The translations under genes were made by a program, and so were the position numbers. This document shows, in pieces, positions 36,983 to 38,672 of a stretch of DNA of 38,672 bases. How positions within the stretch are numbered: the first letter of the stretch is position 1; each line of letters starts with the position of its first letter. The DNA is from a virus (lineage: Duplodnaviria; Caudoviricetes): IMG/VR virus record IMGVR_UViG_3300022218_000005, positions 1 to 38,672 of that record, one strand, 5' to 3'. Below the pieces are notes generated by a model. The model ran no database searches. It saw nothing but the letters and a program-made list of their open reading frames with translations, and had not been told where the DNA came from.

Positions 36983-37168
36983 TTAATTCTCATCTGCAAA
37001 ATTTACGTAACCGATTTCTTCTTTTATTTTTTCAATTTCGTCTTGCAACTCTTTCAAATCGGCTGCTATTTGGTTGTTTAGCTCTTTGATCTTCTTTTCG
37101 TTTTTAGCAATTTTATTTTCATAAAAAAGCCCAGTGAAAACCCATAAGCCTATAAGTAAGTAAGTCAT
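36983..37168 (-). CDS. Small membrane-anchored coiled-coil protein
   Basis: Hydrophobic N-terminus followed by coiled coil. Confidence 0.6.
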   Translation of the reverse strand: MTYLLIGLWVFTGLFYENKIAKNEKKIKELNNQIAADLKELQDEIEKIKEEIGYVNFADEN

Positions 37169-37176
37169 GATGTTGA

Positions 37177-37725
37177 TTATATTTGTTCGTGAATTTCGTA
37201 ACCTTGTTTGTTTAATGTTTTAATCAAAGGAATAAGATGGGAATTGCTAATAGGTTCACGATTGCGAATGAGTGCAAAAAAACGATTATCAAACTCTAAA
37301 AAACCCATTGAGACACCATTTTTGATAATCAAAAGCGGCTTTTCAGGATTGTAATTAATTTTTTCTTTTTTTAACAAAAGCGGCACAAATTCGTTATTTT
37401 CGTTTTGAGTTAAATAATGAAACTTGTCTTCAGGGTTTCTTTTTTCAAAGTCTCTTAAAATTACACCGAGTCGTCCAAAGCTAAGAGACGAATAATTTTG
37501 AAGAAAACGCCCGTTAAACATTAAAAAAACATTGTCATTTTCGCTCAAATCCTCCAAATAAACAGCGTTTTCTTTTGGTAGTTCTATAAGTCTTGTTTTG
37601 ATTTTCATGGTGTTTTTATTTTTAGTTTGGTTAATATTCTCAGTTAATTGCACGATTGCAATAAGTCTATTATGTACAGTAGGGTTTATTTTAAAAGGTA
37701 TCCTTGTTTTAAGAAAATTTCCCAT
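37177..37725 (-). CDS. Hypothetical protein (alternative start at 37608)
   Basis: 182-aa ORF; internal ATG at 37608 has a typical A-rich initiation region. Confidence 0.6.
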   Translation of the reverse strand: MGNFLKTRIPFKINPTVHNRLIAIVQLTENINQTKNKNTMKIKTRLIELPKENAVYLEDLSENDNVFLMFNGRFLQNYSSLSFGRLGVILRDFEKRNPEDKFHYLTQNENNEFVPLLLKKEKINYNPEKPLLIIKNGVSMGFLEFDNRFFALIRNREPISNSHLIPLIKTLNKQGYEIHEQI

Positions 37726-37732
37726 TGTTTTT

Positions 37733-37990
37733 TTATTTTAAAAGTTCATTTTCTATTTGTTCAAAAAGTCGCAAAGCCGATTCTATTGTTTTTGCTTTAA
37801 AATGTTTTTTTTCGGCTTCTCTCAAATACATTTCTTTGTTTTGGTAAACAGCAGAATAAAAAGCTATAAAAATTTCATTGTTTTCAGTAATATAGCCTTG
37901 TTTTATTTTTGTTTCTTGCTGTTTGGAAACTACCGAAATTATTTTTTCTTATACGTGAAAACGTTTTTTAATTAGTTGTATTTTACTCAT
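37733..37990 (-). pseudogene. 85-codon ORF interrupted by an in-frame TAA at codon 14
   Basis: MSKIQLIKKRFHV*EKIISVVSKQQETKIKQGY...FEQIENELLK; starts overlapping the upstream gene and fills the gap. Confidence 0.65.
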
Positions 37991-38270
37991 CTTTTAAAGC
38001 TTCTTTATTAAGGTTAATATAAACGTCTAGTTGTCGGCTTATAGTGATTAAATCGCGTTGGAACTGCTCTTCATTCTTTTTCATCTTATCAAAACGAAAT
38101 TCTTTTGACAAAACAGTGTCTAATCCTTTACTTGCTGTAATTCGGAACGAAAAGCCCCAGTTTGCAAGTTCGGTAAAAATTAAATATTTGCCTACTGTTT
38201 CACGCGGATTTATGCTTTCAACCTGTTTTGCAATAATCTCTCTTATTAGTTTTTTTGTTTCTGGTGTCAT
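37983..38270 (-). CDS. Hypothetical protein
   Basis: 95-aa ORF in operon. Confidence 0.65.
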   Translation of the reverse strand: MTPETKKLIREIIAKQVESINPRETVGKYLIFTELANWGFSFRITASKGLDTVLSKEFRFDKMKKNEEQFQRDLITISRQLDVYINLNKEALKDE

Positions 38271-38294
38271 AGTTTCTAAATTTTAAATTGTTAT

Positions 38295-38522
38295 TTAGTC
38301 GATTTCGTAAAGTTGTTCAAATGCTTTTTTAATATTTTCGCCTCTTACTTCTTTACATATTTTATTCGCATAACTCAAAGAATAATACTTTGATACAAAT
38401 GAGCTTTCATCCGCTTCTTTTTGTCTTTTTTGTGCTTTAATTCGCATTGTATTATCTTGAAATATTGTAATTTCAGTAACTACAAAAAGATTACTATTTA
38501 ATAATTCGGTCAAGCTTGTCAT
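38295..38522 (-). CDS. Hypothetical protein, first gene after the terminal cassette copy
   Basis: 75-aa ORF starting at the cassette's 3' end. Confidence 0.65.
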   Translation of the reverse strand: MTSLTELLNSNLFVVTEITIFQDNTMRIKAQKRQKEADESSFVSKYYSLSYANKICKEVRGENIKKAFEQLYEID

Positions 38523-38672
38523 GATTTCTAAGTGTTAAGATTAATATTCTTTCGATTTGTTATGACAAAGTAACGGCTTATTTATTTCTTATGCAAGTTT
38601 TACGCAAAAAAAACGCAAATTAAATTGCGTTTTTTTTGTAAAGGGTTGAAATTAAACAGGTAGCAAAAAATA
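38520..38672. repeat. Right terminal repeat / cassette copy E (same locus as A if circular)
   Basis: 38537..38672 matches 1..137; 38520..38536 matches 3205..3221. Confidence 0.95.

Larger units (their letters stand above)
1..38672 (-). mobile_element. Probable complete circular genome of a Bacteroidota-infecting myovirus-type phage with a Mu-like virion module and no integrase
   Basis: Terminase, portal, protease, capsid, sheath, tube, tape measure, baseplate and replication genes all on the minus strand; 1..137 is repeated at 38537..38672; Bacteroidota-type promoters. Confidence 0.93.

Noticed and set aside
37949-37964. Degenerate parS-like sequence (also near 32111)
   Set aside because: Only about half the palindrome matches and both lie in coding frames
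201-38286. All plus-strand ORFs in the track
   Set aside because: They are antisense shadows of minus-strand genes, or (32724, 33302) run through the repeat region; Phe/Ser/Leu-rich with no motifs
1-38672. Alternative genetic code, tRNA genes or att site
   Set aside because: Genes are intact under the standard code and all three stop codons are used; no cloverleaf or integrase recognised by eye (tRNAscan not run)

Overview
This window looks like a complete, circular ~38.5 kb genome of an AT-rich contractile-tailed phage. Nearly identical 136/137-bp sequences sit at both ends. The host is very likely a Bacteroidota: there are TTTG-N19-TAnnTTTG promoters and A-rich, non-Shine-Dalgarno start regions. 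Every credible gene is on the minus strand. The early region (1-13.3 kb and 36.7-38.5 kb) encodes an SMC/Rad50-like ATPase, SF2 helicase, primase-helicase, Sak/Rad52, SSB, adenine methyltransferase, YqaJ exonuclease and VRR-NUC nuclease. It is divided by four copies of a ~90-140 bp terminator+promoter cassette. Mu-like head, sheath, tube and baseplate genes fill 13.4-32.6 kb in shuffled order, followed by an iteron-rich non-coding region (32.7-33.4 kb) and the terminase genes. I recognise no integrase, ParA/ParB, CI-type repressor or endolysin. Main observations: (1) three perfect chromosomal-type parS palindromes (TGTTTCACGTGAAACA) with no phage par genes, suggesting the phage borrows the host ParB/SMC machinery; (2) an unannotated ~119-nt U-rich RNA unit with a perfect host promoter and strong terminator inside the late operon, complementary to the identical 5' ends of two early genes; (3) dispersed terminator-promoter cassettes that carry remnants of neighbouring genes; (4) a -1 frameshift tail chaperone, a poly-A tract in the large fibre gene, and a possible leaderless late-promoter pattern. 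All functional calls come from motif recognition by eye; no database searches were run.
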